Source of the DNA: a virus
Strand: one strand, 5' to 3'
Virus record (IMG/VR): IMGVR_UViG_3300025305_003938
Location: 16,439 to 80,438 of that record
DNA length: 64,000 bases
In this document: positions 63,701 through 64,000 of the stretch, piece after piece
Position numbering within the stretch: position 1 is the first letter of the stretch
Layout: every line of letters starts with the position of its first letter
Position numbers and translations under genes: made by a program
The notes under the pieces: model-generated
Databases searched by the model: none
Seen by the model: only the letters and a program-made list of their open reading frames with translations
Told to the model about the DNA's origin: nothing

Positions 63701-64000
63701 ATATCACAAAGGCCCAATATACAGCCCGGGGCTATGGGTTTGCAACCTCTTCAATAAAGGTGATTGACAAAGAGTATATCACATCAGCTCGTCAGAACAT
63801 GCCAGAAAACATGCAGTCTGAAGATATGATCTCTGTTTTGTCGACGCAAGATGACATACAGTTCACTAGAGACACGCGACCAATAAATCACTTCTTTGCT
63901 TTCGAAAAGAGCATGTATCAGACAATTTCTGAAGAAATGCTCAATATATTTGCTAGTATAGTCGATTTTAACAACTTAATTGGTGAACCGGTTAACAAAT
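60754..64000 (+). CDS. Large baseplate/tail protein with LamG (concanavalin-like) domain(s), truncated at the window end
   Basis: Not in the track because it has no stop. ATG overlaps the TAA at 60752-60754 (MSIKHLFDKV...). TVEFWLKK, WHHYAFSF, RLYVDG, GSLDEFRYW, YYKFNEG; NLSYIYKSKGTEKSFRNLIRCFG baseplate-type motif. Confidence 0.85.
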   Translation, partial: MSIKHLFDKVHIDKSTAGTNSDQLGGEVESERFHSAKIAKDDRIIPQVDFSKPENFVFYGSAERYYDDAIKNIYQTYPYDGSLYEKLDWENSASYIDLYVFENLYPRTNGYIRFDRDGADSSTSIVSDYGIFNSADQEYITIKGGPGIGGGPQNAGANIYNTGSFQESNLKLDPVEGTTVEFWLKKKAFNTSRTKKEVLFDLWNGEHSSSSGYGRLTIELTGATYSQATTTSGRSFRVTYQSGNLADAGAPTHGFQNESIGTVDTLTSSVADNTWHHYAFSFLSASNGVKTRLYVDGDLNEEKILGSNGAREITGSLIARIGALRTAPSGAVGAHGSTALDGAGKLSGSLDEFRYWKTQRSSKEIGRHWFTQVGGGTNTDTANTKLGVYYKFNEGILGNSTDATVLDYSGRVTNGAWTGYIAGARETGSAINEATSTNQEFLDPILYRNHSSVNSLISRMRLSGSSFDHTNTTSLFSSLPSWMQEEDQKSGDLLLDLTQIMSSYFDSVQLQISELPKLKDVEYISGSSKPNNFNSTLLSSMGFLAPEIFIDAEIIENLAARSEDRKYEKSLEHTKNLIYKNIYNNLSYIYKSKGTEKSFRNLIRCFGIDDDIIKLSTYGNNVTHKFRNNYRVVSTPKKYVNFNDNGNFEGTVFQMSSSKNSNSLPYIDAAKQLTGGYGFTLQTEVVLPKKANTGDSFYSRQRYTDLTASLFGVHTARTSSTNTSNTQWAEPDVVNFQVHAVRDEAESDNVRFVLTGSGDGYFPELSSSLFEGAYDNTKWNLAVRVKPAKFPHVDSIHGTTGSNSGADINYSRYYTVELYGNQTDAGSIQNEFTVTGNIDLQQLSPGTSADQFIYGARRIYMGAHRTNFTGAVLQRTDAKISSCRFWLDYLDDETLRAHARDVNNHGAKNPYRNAYLFEGKSIYNDSRELVGRGRNFEVPQIETLALNWDFNQVTGSNAAGEFNVVDFSSGSVEKKKRYGWIGDITKAQYTARGYGFATSSIKVIDKEYITSARQNMPENMQSEDMISVLSTQDDIQFTRDTRPINHFFAFEKSMYQTISEEMLNIFASIVDFNNLIGEPVNK

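Noticed and set aside
1-64000. Bacterial chromosome or eukaryotic giant-virus origin
   Set aside because: gp25/gp6 baseplate genes, a gp55-like sigma, dense orphan ORFs, SD sites, sigma70 promoters and tmRNA together indicate a large bacteriophage.
1-64000. Stop-codon reassignment as seen in some huge phages
   Set aside because: Long genes are intact in code 11, TAG and TGA both end well-defined genes, and no suppressor tRNA is present. The tRNA at 13991 has loop TTTCTAC with central TCT, not CTA.

Overview
This 64 kb window is part of a very large tailed-phage genome (myovirus-type jumbo/huge phage with T4-like baseplate logic, standard genetic code, almost all genes on +). It is not a cellular chromosome. 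Left to right: (i) 1-8.7 kb, acidic, probably head-associated proteins, many with a shared MKI(T/S)KxxLKxIIKEEL leader, plus a KxDG ligase-fold/HxGH nucleotidyltransferase fusion; (ii) 8.8-24 kb, an accessory region with a tmRNA, eight intact tRNAs (one is a tRNA-Asn with a long variable arm), a chimeric Gly/Pro tRNA-like gene, two HNH-type endonucleases, a SpoU methyltransferase, an aminotransferase, an amidinotransferase and two repeat-rich fibre-like genes; (iii) 24-30 kb, a YeaH-SpoVR-PrkA-PIN/PhoH operon; (iv) 31-46 kb, a Cas4-like nuclease followed by a 16-gene glycan island with NeuA x2, NeuB, two sialyltransferase-like genes, five or more GT2/GT4 genes, methyltransferases, an epimerase and a UDP-sugar dehydrogenase; (v) 46-64 kb, a gp55-like sigma factor and a baseplate module. 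That module includes two paralogous gp5-OB-like proteins, one carrying an SGNH esterase and one a lambda-type muramidase, then gp25, gp6 and a long LamG-containing ORF that runs off the right end. The strongest candidates for undescribed systems are a phage nonulosonic-acid glycosylation pathway paired with [S/T]-[G/A/S]-S-rich virion proteins, the esterase+muramidase baseplate pair, the capsid-targeting-like leader family, and the non-canonical tRNAs. All family assignments come from motif recognition by eye; no searches were run.
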